A DNA stretch of 64,000 nt from Octopus sinensis (lineage: Eukaryota): contig NC_043015.1 of NCBI RefSeq assembly GCF_006345805.1, positions 17,360,001-17,424,000 on the forward strand, read 5' to 3'. The notes beneath the pieces were generated by a model that saw nothing but the letters and a program-made list of their open reading frames with translations, was not told where the DNA came from and did not search any database. Shown here piece after piece: positions 39,345 through 53,285 of this stretch (positions are counted from its first letter, which is position 1; each line of letters opens with the position of its first letter). Made by a program: the position numbers and the translations under genes.

Positions 39345-39790
39345 TAGTTAAAATGAAGCAAGGGAGGTAGGTAGGAGTGACGAGAGGAAGTGGGTGTCGG
39401 ATGAACAGAGGAAGGGAGTTGAGCCCAAGTGACGCAAAGGAGCGAAGAGAGAAGATTAATTCTTGTTCACGGCGAAGGTCATTGTCCGGACGGCCCCTGC
39501 GCAAAGACAGTCCGAACACAGACAGATGTTATAGTGATTGATCGGTAGAACGGAAATGGCACGAGACCGGGTGTCATTGCTGAGTCTGATGTTTCAGAGG
39601 TGCTCCGCGAACCGGTTAGCCAAGCGGCGTCACGTTTGACAGATTACAGAGAAAGGCAGAGAGACCAGGAGTAAATGACGTTACTAGAAGTGCAGGTGAA
39701 GAGGTTGGTGATGTAATAGGAACGCTGATGGGTGCCTCTTGTACCACTTAGTCAAGAGAATGGACTAAGCGGAGCAGGAGAATACACATG
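39340..39790 (-). mobile_element. PLE GIY-YIG fragment
   Basis: RRLANRFAEHL.NIRLSNDTPVSCHFRST; homologous to 56985-57400 and 59590-60000. Confidence 0.75.
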
Positions 39791-39816
39791 AATGGAAAGC
39801 GTGGACAATCGACCTA

Positions 39817-39889
<73 letters not shown>

Positions 39890-39908
39890 GTCTGTCTATC
39901 TATCTATC

Positions 39909-39980
<72 letters not shown>

Positions 39981-40211
39981 CAGATACAACGCGCACTTAT
40001 ATTCAACTGCTCCCACATATATACCTATATATATACGCATATATATATATAAATATATATAGTGAGTCAATTCAACGAACAAATAATTAAACAAGCGAAT
40101 AAAAACAAAGAGAGAAAAAACCAAAAAGATAAAAAAGATAAAAGAGAAAGAACAAACGTGGGGACATGTACAAGAATTATATTACTTTGACGCTCGGTGA
40201 AAGGAGAGTTT

Positions 40212-40242
40212 TTAACGTTTCGAGCATGGCTCTTCATCGGAA
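40212..40242 (-). ncRNA. Minimal hammerhead-like motif (U4C) in a PLE pLTR fragment spanning ~40050-40330
   Basis: Minus strand: tt CCGATGA a gagc cat gctc GAAAC GTT aa. Confidence 0.55.
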
Positions 40243-40338
40243 GGGTGAAAGGGAAAAGTCTAGAGAAGGAGGAAACAGGAAAATCACCAACCGTCTGTGT
40301 CTTTTGTATCGTCTTCTGAATATTTTGCGTTCTTGTCC

Positions 40339-40383
<45 letters not shown>

Positions 40384-40566
40384 TATATATAGATAGATAT
40401 AGATATATATATACATAAATATAAGAGAGTAACCACTATGTGGTAGACTCTAGCACTAAAAATAGATCCGCTAGGTTTCAGCCACAAAGAATTGTTTCCG
40501 ATGAAAGTTAGCACGACTACTAGCGCAAACGAACAGGGCAAATAAAAATAACAAAAATGCAGATTA

Positions 40567-40643
40567 GTTCAGGACAATTGTTTCGCTATTAATAAATTAT
40601 GTAATTTTACTCACATAACATATCTGTAGCTCTTCAGCCGAAC
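40567..40643 (-). ncRNA. Type-I hammerhead ribozyme, intact core
   Basis: Reverse complement of 41131-41206. Confidence 0.85.
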
Positions 40644-41130
40644 CCGTCCAGAAAACAATTTACTCAACCGCACGTTAGATTTTACCATAACGATAAACAC
40701 ACGTGCGGTTCAGTCGATTGCATTCGCTGTTATAATTCAAGTGCCCCTGCCACAGCCCGCCAAAATTCACGAAAACAGATACTACATCCAAAATTAAATG
40801 TAGTATAATTACAATCAAGGGTGAGAAAATTGGATACTAATTTAATAGTACATCCATTTAACACCTAGTGGCTTAGTGCATAAAAACCTGGATTTCGATA
40901 AATTTTAAACATAAATATAAGAGAGTAACCACTATGTGGTCGACTCTAGCACTAAAAATAGATCCGCTAGGTTTCAGCCACAAAGAATTGTTTCCGATGA
41001 AAGTTAGCACGACTACTAGCGCAAGCGAACAGGGCAAATAAAAATAACAAAAATGCAGATTAGTTCAGGACAATTGTTTATCGTTATGGCAAAATCTAAC
41101 GTGCGGTTGAGTAAATTGTTTTCTGGACGG

Positions 41131-41206
41131 GTTCGGCTGAAGAGCTACAGATATGTTATGTGAGTAAAATTACATATTTATTAATAGCGAAACAATTGTC
41201 CTGAAC
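41131..41206 (+). ncRNA. Type-I hammerhead ribozyme, intact core; predicted cleavage after GTC at 41200
   Basis: gttcgg CTGAAGA gcta [~41-nt loop] tagc GAAAC aatt GTC ctgaac. Confidence 0.85.
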
Positions 41207-41459
41207 TAATCTGCATTTTTGTATTTTTTTATTTGCCCTGTTCGTTGCGCTAGTAGTCGTGCTAACTTTCATCGGAAACAATTCTTTGTGGCTGAAACCT
41301 AGCGCATCTATTTTTAGTGCTAGAGTCTACCACATAGTGGTTACTCTCTTATATTATGTATAAAATTTATCGAAATCCAGGTTTTTTATGCACTAAGCCA
41401 CTTGGTGTTAAATGGATGTACTATTAAATTTTAGATCCAATATTCTCACCCTTATTAAT

Positions 41460-41494
<35 letters not shown>

Positions 41495-41506
41495 TATATA
41501 TATATT

Positions 41507-41887
41507 GGAAGCACTCCGTCTGTTACGACGACGAGGGTTCCGGTTGATCCGATCAACGGAACAGCCTGCTCATGAAATTAACGTGTAAGTGGCTGAGCAC
41601 TCCGCAGACACGTGTACCCTTAACATAGTTCTCGGGGATATTCAGCGTGACACAGAGAGTGACAAGGCCGGCCCTTTGAAATACAGGTACAACAGAAACA
41701 GGAAGTAAGAGTGAGAGAAAGTTGTGGTGAAAGAGTACAGCAGGGATCACCGCCATCCCCTGCCGGAGCCTCGTGGAGCTTTAGGTGTTTTCGCTCAATA
41801 AACACTCACAACGCCGGTCTGGGAATCGAAACCGCGATCCTACGACCGCGAGTCCGCTGCCCTAACCACTGGGCCATTGCGCCTCCA
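41507..41887 (-). mobile_element. tRNA-Arg-like SINE (third family), full length
   Basis: Minus head ggaggcgcaatggcccagtggttagggcagcggactcgcggtcgtaggatcgcggtttcgattccc; near-identical copy at 58145-58525. Confidence 0.85.
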
Positions 41888-41889
41888 TA

Positions 41890-42032
<143 letters not shown>

Positions 42033-42413
42033 TATATAGATATATATATATATTATATATATATATATATATAATATATTATTATATATATATCTATATA
42101 TATATATATACTAACAATATAGGATGAAGTCCCTTTCTCTACAGAAAAGGAATCCATCAGAAGCGTGGGCAGTATAATTTTTCCATGATCATACGTGAGT
42201 ATTTTATTTATATCCCATCGAAAGCTCTACTGAAGAAAGAATATATCTTTTTATAAGATTAATTCCGAAATTGATTCAATATAGAGATAACGAAATTTAA
42301 ATTTCCTAAAGGTTAGTTGCCCGTTTTCAGTTTCAATTCTCCTGTAGCAAGCGGATTATAAGTGGATAAATCAGTGTATTGGCTTTAGAATAACCCTCTT
42401 TAGCCCTTAATTA

Positions 42414-42444
<31 letters not shown>

Positions 42445-42757
42445 CATACACCCGTCCTCACATATTTACCTACATGTATACATTCGCCCTTACACTTATG
42501 CCTCTAAGCATACTCACTTACACGTAAAGACACATAAATACATATATATCCACAGATGTTTACATATATGTATATAACTACACACATACAGGCACACATT
42601 TATGTGTACGTGCTCATCTATGTATATACCCAAGTTTAGTTGTTGTATTCCACAGGACGTGTCCAATAAAACTGGACAATTTAATAAAACAATGAAACGA
42701 TACGACAATATAACAATGATACAAAATAATATCTTGCACCTAGCGCATATATCTGTG

Positions 42758-42788
<31 letters not shown>

Positions 42789-44144
42789 GTGTGTGCGTGT
42801 TGTGTGTGTGTGTGTGTGTGTGTGCGTGCGTGTGTGTGCGTGCGTGTGTGTGTGTGTGTGTATTTATGGCTAAAAAACCACTATGTGGACAGCCATATGC
42901 TAGAAGAAGATCACATACGATCTAACCTCAAAGAAAGAATGTTCTCGAGAGAAAATTCAGCGAATAACCGAAGATAGGCGGGCAAGACAGATGAAAATTA
43001 TATAAAAATCAAGAATTAATCGTATACCGGTTTCTTCTATTACCGAATAAATTACTTACGTAATCCTTCTGGCGTCTTCTGCCTTTTTATTAGAAGCATT
43101 TACCCGGGAATTTACTTAAAGTGAAGAAAAATCGTATACAACAGATAAGTCATCTTAATATTTTTCTGTGTACCAGACCTTTAGCTGTTATTTTTAGCAC
43201 AACGAGTTTTCTAGTGAGGGCTTCATTTGCCTGCATTGCCTGTTTGTTGCTTCAATAGAAATCTACGGATGCACAAACGCACAGAACGGAGAAAATGAAA
43301 CAAATATGGACGAAACACCCCCAAGTGAGGAACAGTTCTCAAACATAACCCCCAATTGTTTTTCCTCAAAATTCCTATGTCCTTGAAGTCTACATAATCC
43401 GAGGTATATTTGTAGAGAATTTCATTTAAAAATATCCATTTTCTTGAAAGTTAAAACGAATTGAAGTCGACTCCAGTGAATTTTCCGAAATTCCCCTCCT
43501 AAAGCACTTCCCCCAAATAATTTTGTATATTCGAAATCTACATGATATAACACATATTTGTAGAAAATCGTATTTAAAAATATCTATTTTTCTGAAAGTT
43601 ATGATCATCCAAATCGGTGGGGCAGAAATCTGTAGTTATGCCGGTTTCTGGATGTTATCCGTCTTCAGAATGAGACAATCACCAGCTCGTGACGAAAGCT
43701 ATCTCCACTCGCAGATACTATATATTCTTTAAGTGATACGCAATCGCTGATCTCGTATTGAGAAAAACATGTTTTAAATCTCTGAGCGAGAGAAATACAG
43801 TAACAGTACCGGATAGTAATGTTTATATACCAACATAACGTGGCAGTCCTGTAAAGGACGATGTTACAGTTGTTTTAGCCTCATGAAAACATCTTTCCCA
43901 GCTGGCTTACGATACAGCCTGTGTCTGTATATAATTATATAGAAAAGAGTTATTTGTAATATTCCTGCCATTATTCTTTAACTTTCTATGCTTGATAACA
44001 TGAAAGAAAGCATCATTGATCATATTCTCCATTTAATTTTACTGCTAGTATCAGAAATTTTACTAAAAAATCAAATCATAAAGGAAGTCAGAATTCATCG
44101 AATCCCTGACTTGAATAACGATTCAATAAATTATTCTACTTGTT

Positions 44145-44349
44145 TCAGTAATTTGACTGCGGCCATACTGGAGAACCGCCTTTAGTCAAACAGATTGACC
44201 ACCCAGAACTTTATTCTTTGTAAACCTAGTACTTATTCTATCGGGGCGCTTTTGCCGAACCGCTAACTTATGGGGACATAAACACACCAGCATCGGTTGT
44301 CAAGCGATGGTAGGGGGACAAACACAGATACACACCACACACACACACA

Positions 44350-44380
<31 letters not shown>

Positions 44381-44381
44381 T

Positions 44382-44424
<43 letters not shown>

Positions 44425-44580
44425 TATATATATATAATATATATATATATATATACGACGGGCTTCTTTCAGTTTCCGAGGCTATAGTAGAAGACACTAA
44501 CCCAAGTTGCCACGCAGTGGGACTGCACCCAGAACCATGTGGTTGGGAAGCAAGCTTCTTACCACACAGCCACGCCTGTA
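44145..44580 (-). mobile_element. CORE-type SINE
   Basis: Homology to 851-1247 with internal (TA)n. Confidence 0.8.
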
Positions 44581-45401
44581 TCTAGATGATTATTTTATCG
44601 ATTCTTTGATATTTAACAGAACAAAATTAAAATTATTCTGAATTATGTTGTATCAAGTAATATGAATCAATACTGTGCTTCAGTACAAGGGCAATAGCTA
44701 GCCAAAGATGCTCAACAATAAATTCTAGAGGACATATTTCCGTCCTAAAAAAAAATAGGAAAAGTACAGAAGGAGGAAATTCCTACTTTAGAGTTTGCGA
44801 TAATTTGGAAGATATTTTAGGAAGTTGCACTCAGCTGAAATAGTATAAAGATAAAATGTGCAAAGACGTTTTATAGCGTCAAAGTTATAGAATTTAATAT
44901 AAAGAATAAGCAAACTTCTGAAGATAAAACAAGACACTCTTGGTTTATTATTAATTCTCTTTATCAAGACCTATCATATAGGATATATAATAATATAAAC
45001 TTATATTACTAAACGTGACATTTTGTTATCAGTGGTTAGTAGTTGGCTCAAAAGATGACCAACTGCCTGAAAGTTATGCATTAAACTGTTATTACATGTG
45101 AAGTTAGCAATAATTTCTGTTTCTAAACATAACTGGGCGCACTCCTAGATATCGCATAATTCTACAAACTTGATATAGCATCTCAACAGCATTATAATTA
45201 TTTTTTTATGATTTTCTCTCCCTATTTCCCTCTTCTCTCTCTTCGTTTATATATTTTCATGTATTTATTATATTTTGTTCATCTTATATTTCTTGACCAT
45301 AATAATTTCATACCCATTTTTTAAATATTTCATTTCAGTCTGCTAGTTTGTCAAACCTATATATACATTTCATGCGTACACACGCACGCACACACGCACG
45401 C

Positions 45402-45468
<67 letters not shown>

Positions 45469-46739
45469 TGTACATATGTGCATATCCATAGACAAATTTT
45501 TACGTGTGTACACAAGTACTAGCGTAGCTAGAGTGTGTATCGACTGGGCGGCCCTTCAGTTTGTCGCCTCCGGACCCCAACAAAAATACATATTGCCTAC
45601 TGTTATCTGCAACGATAAGTCTACTGCATTACTATTTTGTATTAGTTTTTCACAACTTGCCGGAAGTGAGTCACTTCCAGTTTGTATCTGGGATCGAGGT
45701 TGTTTTGTTTTCAGAAAAAAAGGGTGGAGGTCCCTTTTGTATCCGTCTATATCTCAGAAAACCTGCTGTCATCCCAGAATGTTCTTCTTTGGTTATTTCA
45801 TGGTACTGCGAACGTGCCTTTGTGCCAGTGTTACTGATTTTCTGCTGCTGAATGATGAGCCGACAAAATTCTTGTGAGATAATTTAGATATATCTAGTTG
45901 TTTTCTTTGCATTAACCTGAGACATAAAATGATGTGTAGATAATTGTATATCCATGGGTTAAAGTGTTTCGGTATATCCAACATCTTTTTTCTCACTCGG
46001 TACTTTTCGCCCGCGTGTGTGTCAGTCATAATAAATATGTTGAATGTATTTTGTAATCACACTTTGTTACAAGAAAGTTGTATATCAAGAAGTCAAATGT
46101 GAGTAAAACCCTGTTCAAATAATTTTTGTATTTAAATTTCTTATTTTCTATTTTTCTTATTTTGTAGTCTGCCGTACACTTTGTATATATACGCGGTACA
46201 CCTGCACGATGTTACGTACGAGTAGAAAATAAGTGACCCCCAAAAATTTAAACCATTGTTTGTCTTTGTGTTCACGGTGGTAGTTGTGACCCAGCTTGCC
46301 TAGATTTCTGCACAAAGCAGCAACAGTAGAAAAAACTTTGCATAGGACTCCCAAGTCATTGAATAGGAGTTGAAAAGTAAAGTTGTGCCAGTGGTTCATC
46401 TAAATAGCATAAGCTCTATTAATGACGGATCTCAAAAAAGAGAGGACATTGTGTAAGAGAGCCCTGACATTTGAAATAAATTACATGAAACAGTGCATTG
46501 CAGAAGACACTTTAGATGTTCTTGAGGAGCAAGGGAGAAAAAAATATAACACCTATTCAAAAGATTCACTGAGGCTCATAACGCCTTTCATGTAACACTA
46601 GATGATGATGAGGTTGACGAAAGTGAAAACTATTTCTACAGTGTGCAAACCGACTATATTTTATACACGGTAAAAATACATTCAAAGGCATAAAGCCTAA
46701 AATTTTACAATGTGTGGTTGAAAAACCCTATGTTGAAGT

Positions 46740-47067
46740 CAAAGAGTTGCTTGAAAACTTACAAATGCCAAAAGTAGAGTCGGAAACCTTTTAGGGCGAT
46801 CCACTCATGTATCATCAATTTATTAAACCGTTTCAACTCTACGTTGATTCGGTTTGTGCCGATAATGATTTAAAATCGACGCGTTTAATCCAGTATACAC
46901 AAGGTATAGGAGTGGCTGTGTGGTAAGTAGCTTGTTTACCAACCACATGGTTCCGGGTTTAGTCCCACTGTGTGGCACCTTGGGCAAGTGTTTTCTACTA
47001 TAGCCTCGGGTCGATCAAAGCCTTATGAGTGGATTTGGTAGACGGAAACTGAAAGAAGCCCGTCATA

Positions 47068-47098
<31 letters not shown>

Positions 47099-47570
47099 GT
47101 TTGTGTGTCTGTGTTGTCCCCCTAACATCGCTTGACAACCGATGCTGGTGTGTTTACATCACCGTAACTTTGCGGTTCGGCAAAAGAAACCGATACAATA
47201 AGTACTAGGCTTACAAAGAATAAGTCCTGGGGTCGATTTGCTCGACTAAAGGCGGTGCTCCAGCATTACCACGGTCAAATGACTGAAACAGGTAAAAGGG
47301 TAAAAGAGCAAAGTCGCGCGAGAGATGTCATCAGGGACTGTCTCTTAATCGGTGGTGAGGCGAGATATCAACAAGTACTTGCTATTCTCGAGAATAGATT
47401 TGGCAATTCCCACTTAGTAACCGAGGAAATCCTCAATAATCTCAAACAAAGTAAACCAGTGAAAACGCCACAAGAATTACAGAAACTAGCGGACGATCTG
47501 AAAAATTCCGAGTTGATTTTGACGAAGCTAAACATGCTTTAAGAAGTGAATTCGCAATCGTTACTTTACC
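46740..47570 (+). mobile_element. BEL/Pao LTR retrotransposon gag relic (DUF1759-like), interrupted by a SINE
   Basis: F.GDPLMYHQFI..F...RLIQYTQG [SINE] ARDVIRDC..YQQVLAILENRFGNSHLV..LQKLADDL. Confidence 0.7.
46906..47310 (+). mobile_element. CORE-type SINE, full length
   Basis: Homology to 851-1247. Confidence 0.85.
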
Positions 47571-49509
47571 TGCTTCAGCACATGAGAGAAATGCTTGTGA
47601 AGTTGAAGTTGACACTCTTGGCGAAGAATGTGTTCGCTTTGAAGGATGAACTGTAGCTAACCGAGATATCGTGTAGCCAGTTATACCGCCACTTTGAATT
47701 TGTGTACTGTAAAAGACTTTGTCTTCTTTAGCTAACCAGCTGCCATATCAAACAAATCTTCAAAATTTTTACCTGGTTTCGGACGTTTCAACTGGGTATC
47801 GTACCTTGTCAACAGAGTGTTTACTTTTCTTACAATAGATTTTAATGATATACACGGAAAATCAAATTTTTTCCATTGATTTAGTAATTTAGTTCCTGAG
47901 CAATGAGCTGATTTCTTGCTTGTCTGGATTTTTAAACTTTTGCTAATGCATTACACCTTCCAATGATGCAGGATTTTCTGGGGATTCTAGTTAGTTCAGT
48001 CAACTCATGTTCCACATTCGGTATTATTCTTCGCTTTTTAACAGACTTTTCAAAGTATGTTATATTTTTTTGCCACTTTTCTTGCTTGCTGCAACTGCTT
48101 GACTTGACTGCATAAATGACAGGATTGATGTTTTTATTTCACTTTTATTTATTATTTTAATATCTGTAATAGAAAGAATAATGCATTCATGGATTATCTC
48201 AACAGCAAATAATACTACTAAATATGTGAAACAACTTTTACCACTGTATATATCATTAATGGTATTTGGCCAGGAAGTCACTTCAGTTATAAACTCCTTT
48301 AAATCTAATAAAATAGTGTGTACTAATGCCGAACGTAATGTGAGTTTGACTAGGGCAATGCAAGTGTGATGCATTTGAAAATAGAAATATTAGTTGGTCG
48401 GTGGGATTTTTGAAAGTTAAAAAAAATGAACTGCAAGTCACCCTGGCCATGTTCAATTTCATAAAAAAATTTTTAATCCATTACCCTAATGTGCATGTGT
48501 GTGTGCACGCGCGCACGTGTGTATGTATTTATAGATCTACATCAATACAGGCGGCGAAAGATATACAGATATATTAGCACAAATTCCTCTCACAAGGTTA
48601 ACCAAAAGTTATGCTGGAAAATATTTGCTGAAGGTACTGAACTTGAACTAAGAAGCACGTGGTTAAAGGGGGAACCCCTTAACCCCATACTCATACTTAC
48701 ACCCTGTTTTATGGCACACAAGAAAACCTAGGTTTGACATTATATCGTCGTTTCACTGGGACTTGTGCCTAAAGAAGAAAATATTATATCGTCGTTTCAC
48801 TGACTTTTTGGTAAACATAAATTTTGAATTTATCTTATATTTGAATGAAATTCAAACACAGTCGAAATGTTGGATACAAAATGGCCTCAGCAATGAAATT
48901 GTTTTATCATTAGAAAATAAAGTTGTGTTTACTTCTTTTGTGGGGAAAAACATTAAACTAGCCAGCTAGGTACATGTATAAATCTTTAAATCGATAAATG
49001 TATGTTTTTATATTTCTGTGTACATATTTATATCTATGTTTTTATGTAGATGCATTGTGTTAATAATTCTCAAAATACTGATCCGTGCTCCGCAATTCCT
49101 TACTCTAGATGACGTTTTACATTAAAACAATTATCATCAATTCACACCCATTTTTATTTACCTATTTATCAGCTTTGCTATGGTTGCATGACATGAACAT
49201 GTTCAAGCAATATATATAGTAACTTGTCTTTGTAATGTCCCTCCATTTCCCTCTTTGTGGAAAATCAATCTTTATCCTCATCACCGCCACTACCACCAAC
49301 ACCACTAAATATCACCATCTGTTGCCAAATTGATTACATTCAGAAAGCAGAAAACTATTATTCGGCAAAGTGAATAATGTTTACCTGATATTGATTTAAA
49401 AACAAGACCGACAGATGAGAAAAAATAGATATGAAAGCCACCTTAAACAGTGGTTAGCTTCATTTCACCCATTTCTCTGTCGATATCGTACATTTCACTT
49501 ACATAATAC

Positions 49510-49695
49510 ATCTTTTATCTTTTGCTTGTTTCAGTCATTAGACTGTAGCCATGCTAGAGCACCACCTTCAAGAATTTTAGTCGAACGAGTCGGCACAACT
49601 ATTTTTCAAGTATTAGTACTAATTCTACCGATCACTTTAGGCGAACCACTAAGTTACATGAACATAAACACACCACGCACAAGAAGTCGGTAGAT
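49510..49695 (-). mobile_element. CORE-type SINE 3' fragment; further fragments at 50385-50720, 17570-17770 and 20450-20750
   Basis: cttgtttcagtcatt.gactg..gccatgct.gagcacc motif. Confidence 0.7.
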
Positions 49696-49896
49696 TCATT
49701 CGACTAATGTATGTATGTATGTATTCAACAAAGGTGATCCAGAGGTTCTCAATATAGAGAACATTGAAATGATTTGAACTTACACTCCGCTTATAATCAC
49801 TCTTTGTCCTGAGGACTTGGTCCCTGGGAAACACTTCGAATATGTATACATACATACATACATACATACATACATGCATACCTACATATGTATGTT

Positions 49897-49951
<55 letters not shown>

Positions 49952-50005
49952 ACACACACACACACACCACACACACACACACCACACACACACACACACA
50001 CACAC

Positions 50006-50045
<40 letters not shown>

Positions 50046-50089
50046 CGTTTAAATATTGGCTAAACTGGCATATGACCATTCCGAAATAT

Positions 50090-50183
<94 letters not shown>

Positions 50184-50756
50184 CATGTATGTATGTATGT
50201 ATGTATGTATGTATATATGTATACGTATATGCATAAACACAAATGTACTCACGCGCTCACGCACATATACAACACTGTGCACAATTACGCACGCACGCAC
50301 ACGCAAGCACACACGCGCGCGCACGCACACACACACACATACACACACACAAACACACACACACATACAATAAGCTTCTTCAGATTCTGTCTATTAAGGG
50401 ATTGGTTGGCCCGAGGCTATAGTAAAAGATACTTGCTGAAGGCGCCAAACAGTAGTAATGAAACCGGGATCAAGTGGCTGCGATGCAAGCTTCTTTCCAT
50501 ATATACTAGCAGAGATAGTCGATGTTACTCGGAATTAAAATGGCGTATTTTTTATTGTTTTACTTGTTTTGATCATGTGACTGCGGCCATGCTGGAGTCG
50601 AAGAAATCAACCCCCAGGATTTGTTCTTTGTAAACCTAGTACTTATTCTATTGGTTTGTTTTGTCAAACAGCTAAGTTACGGTTGTCAAGCGATGGTGGG
50701 ATACAAAAACAGACACACGCGCACACACATGCACACACATACACACAGACACATAT

Positions 50757-50794
<38 letters not shown>

Positions 50795-50819
50795 GTACAC
50801 ACACACGATGTATATATAT

Positions 50820-51635
<816 letters not shown>

Positions 51636-51641
51636 CATCGA

Positions 51642-51905
51642 TGTATGGGTACAGGACACCAAAAAAACGCCGAACACAATGAGAAACGAAAACATAAACA
51701 CAAAACCAAGGAAAAAAATACAGTACAAGACATACAACACAAGGAACATTCCCCTTCTTCAGCCGCCTCTGAATGTTCCTTGATTTGTATGTCTTGTACT
51801 CTATTTTTTCGTTGTTAAAGAAAAATGTCCATTTCCTTGGTTTTGTGTTTATGTTTTCGTTTCTCATTGTGTTCGACGTTTTTTTGGGTGTCCTGTACCC
51901 ATATA
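51642..51905. repeat. Foldback hairpin element, ~110-bp arms, ~19-nt loop
   Basis: tgggtacaggacacc...caaggaacattc / gaatgttccttg...ggtgtcctgtaccca. Confidence 0.85.
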
Positions 51906-51983
51906 TGAATGTATATATACACATAGATGTAGGTACGTACACATATGTATGTATATATGCATAGGTTTTATTTATTAATTTGT

Positions 51984-52025
<42 letters not shown>

Positions 52026-52295
52026 TTTATTGAAAAGGAGCAGAAATATCACGAAAACCAAAAACTGTTTCTCAGAGTTTCACGTTGCCATCGTAGGACA
52101 GTTTTATATATACGAGGTGGGTGTATATGAAAAGTTTTGAGCCTTGAAGTATTCTACCTTCATCAGAAGTCTTGTACCATGTTTTGTATTTTTTTTTAGG
52201 TTCAACACTTTTCATACAGCTCGCGTATATATAGACATATATATGTATACATATATAAATATATATTTACACACACATATATATATATATAAGTG

Positions 52296-52327
<32 letters not shown>

Positions 52328-52357
52328 CATATGTATATACATATATATACATATGTA

Positions 52358-52612
52358 TATCTTGAGCAAAGCACTTTATTTCACGTTGCTCCAGTTCACT
52401 CAGCTGTAGAAATGAGTTGCGACGTCACTGGTGCCAAGCTGTATCGACCTTTGTCTTTCCCTTGGATAACACTGGTGGCGTGGAGAGGGGAGGCTGGTAT
52501 GCATGGGCGACTGCTGGTCTTCCATAAACAACCTTGCCCGGACTTGTGTCTAGGAGGGGAACTTTCTAGGTGCAATCCCATGGTCATTCATGACCGAAGG
52601 GGGTCTTTACCC
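52358..52612 (+). mobile_element. 5'-truncated SINE (fourth family)
   Basis: cttgagcaaagcactttatttcacgttgctccagttcactcagctg central-domain-like motif; single copy here. Confidence 0.5.
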
Positions 52613-52792
52613 TTTTATATATATATACTTTTTGTTTTATATTTAATTGTTGATAGGGTTTATTTTAGATTATATATTAATTATATATGGACTATATATA
52701 GGTTATATATAGATTATATATTTATATTTTTTTATTATTTTAAAATTATTTTAAACTTATATTTTAATATATTGATATTTTAGATCGGAAAT

Positions 52793-52835
52793 CCACCTGA
52801 AGATTGTCATTGAAGACATGAAACAATTGTAGTGG
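52793..52835 (+). ncRNA. Minimal type-I hammerhead ribozyme
   Basis: ccac CTGAAGA t tgtc attgaa gaca t GAAAC aatt GTA gtgg; intact core, palindromic ACAATTGT. Confidence 0.8.
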
Positions 52836-52920
52836 CGGTTTTTTTTACTTTTTATTAAAATTTTATGTATTGATTAAGTCTTTCCTTATTTGTTTTGCAA
52901 AATAGTGGTTTTGTCTCTAA

Positions 52921-53011
<91 letters not shown>

Positions 53012-53194
53012 ATATATATATGCATGTATATATATATATATGTTCAGTAAAAGCAATTAAGATTCAAGTGAGTTCCAATGAATTCACATGAATGCGGTAC
53101 TTAACTTAGATGCACCAGAAATTTATATGGTATTAACCATAAAATAATGTGGGGTGATTATAAACAAGAAAAAAGCAGCAAAAATGGATTAGTT

Positions 53195-53285
53195 GTTCAG
53201 TACAATTGTTTCATACGAAGAACAACTTTATTAAAAGCTGCAAATATTGCAGCAAATACAAGTGTCCCGTATTCATCAGCCAAAA
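53195..53285 (-). ncRNA. Type-I hammerhead ribozyme with extended loop 2
   Basis: Minus strand: ttttgg CTGATGA atacg [~50 nt incl. gctgca-atatt-tgcagc hairpin] cgtat GAAAC aatt GTA ctgaac. Confidence 0.8.

Larger units (their letters stand above)
40413..41455. mobile_element. Non-coding ~496-bp HHR-containing unit in partial tandem plus inverted arrangement (retrozyme-like or PLE pLTR)
   Basis: acataaatataagagagtaacc at 40413 and 40909; 41079-41455 is the reverse complement of segments from 40413-40700 and 40810-40910; flanked by (TA)n; no ORF. Confidence 0.8.

Noticed and set aside
41820-41887. tRNA-like sequences here and at 851, 14384, 31900 and 46906
   Set aside because: SINE heads: they continue into SINE bodies, are multicopy and lack a full cloverleaf, so they are not called tRNA genes
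43020-43070. GAAACCGGTA HHR-like tail on the minus strand
   Set aside because: No recognisable CUGANGA/UUGANAA core upstream
47765-47815. TTGACAA...GAAAC motif on the minus strand
   Set aside because: Ambiguous stem II and no stem I
47650-49400. Possible host exon or transposase in AT-rich complex sequence
   Set aside because: No recognisable protein motif or convincing splice-bounded ORF
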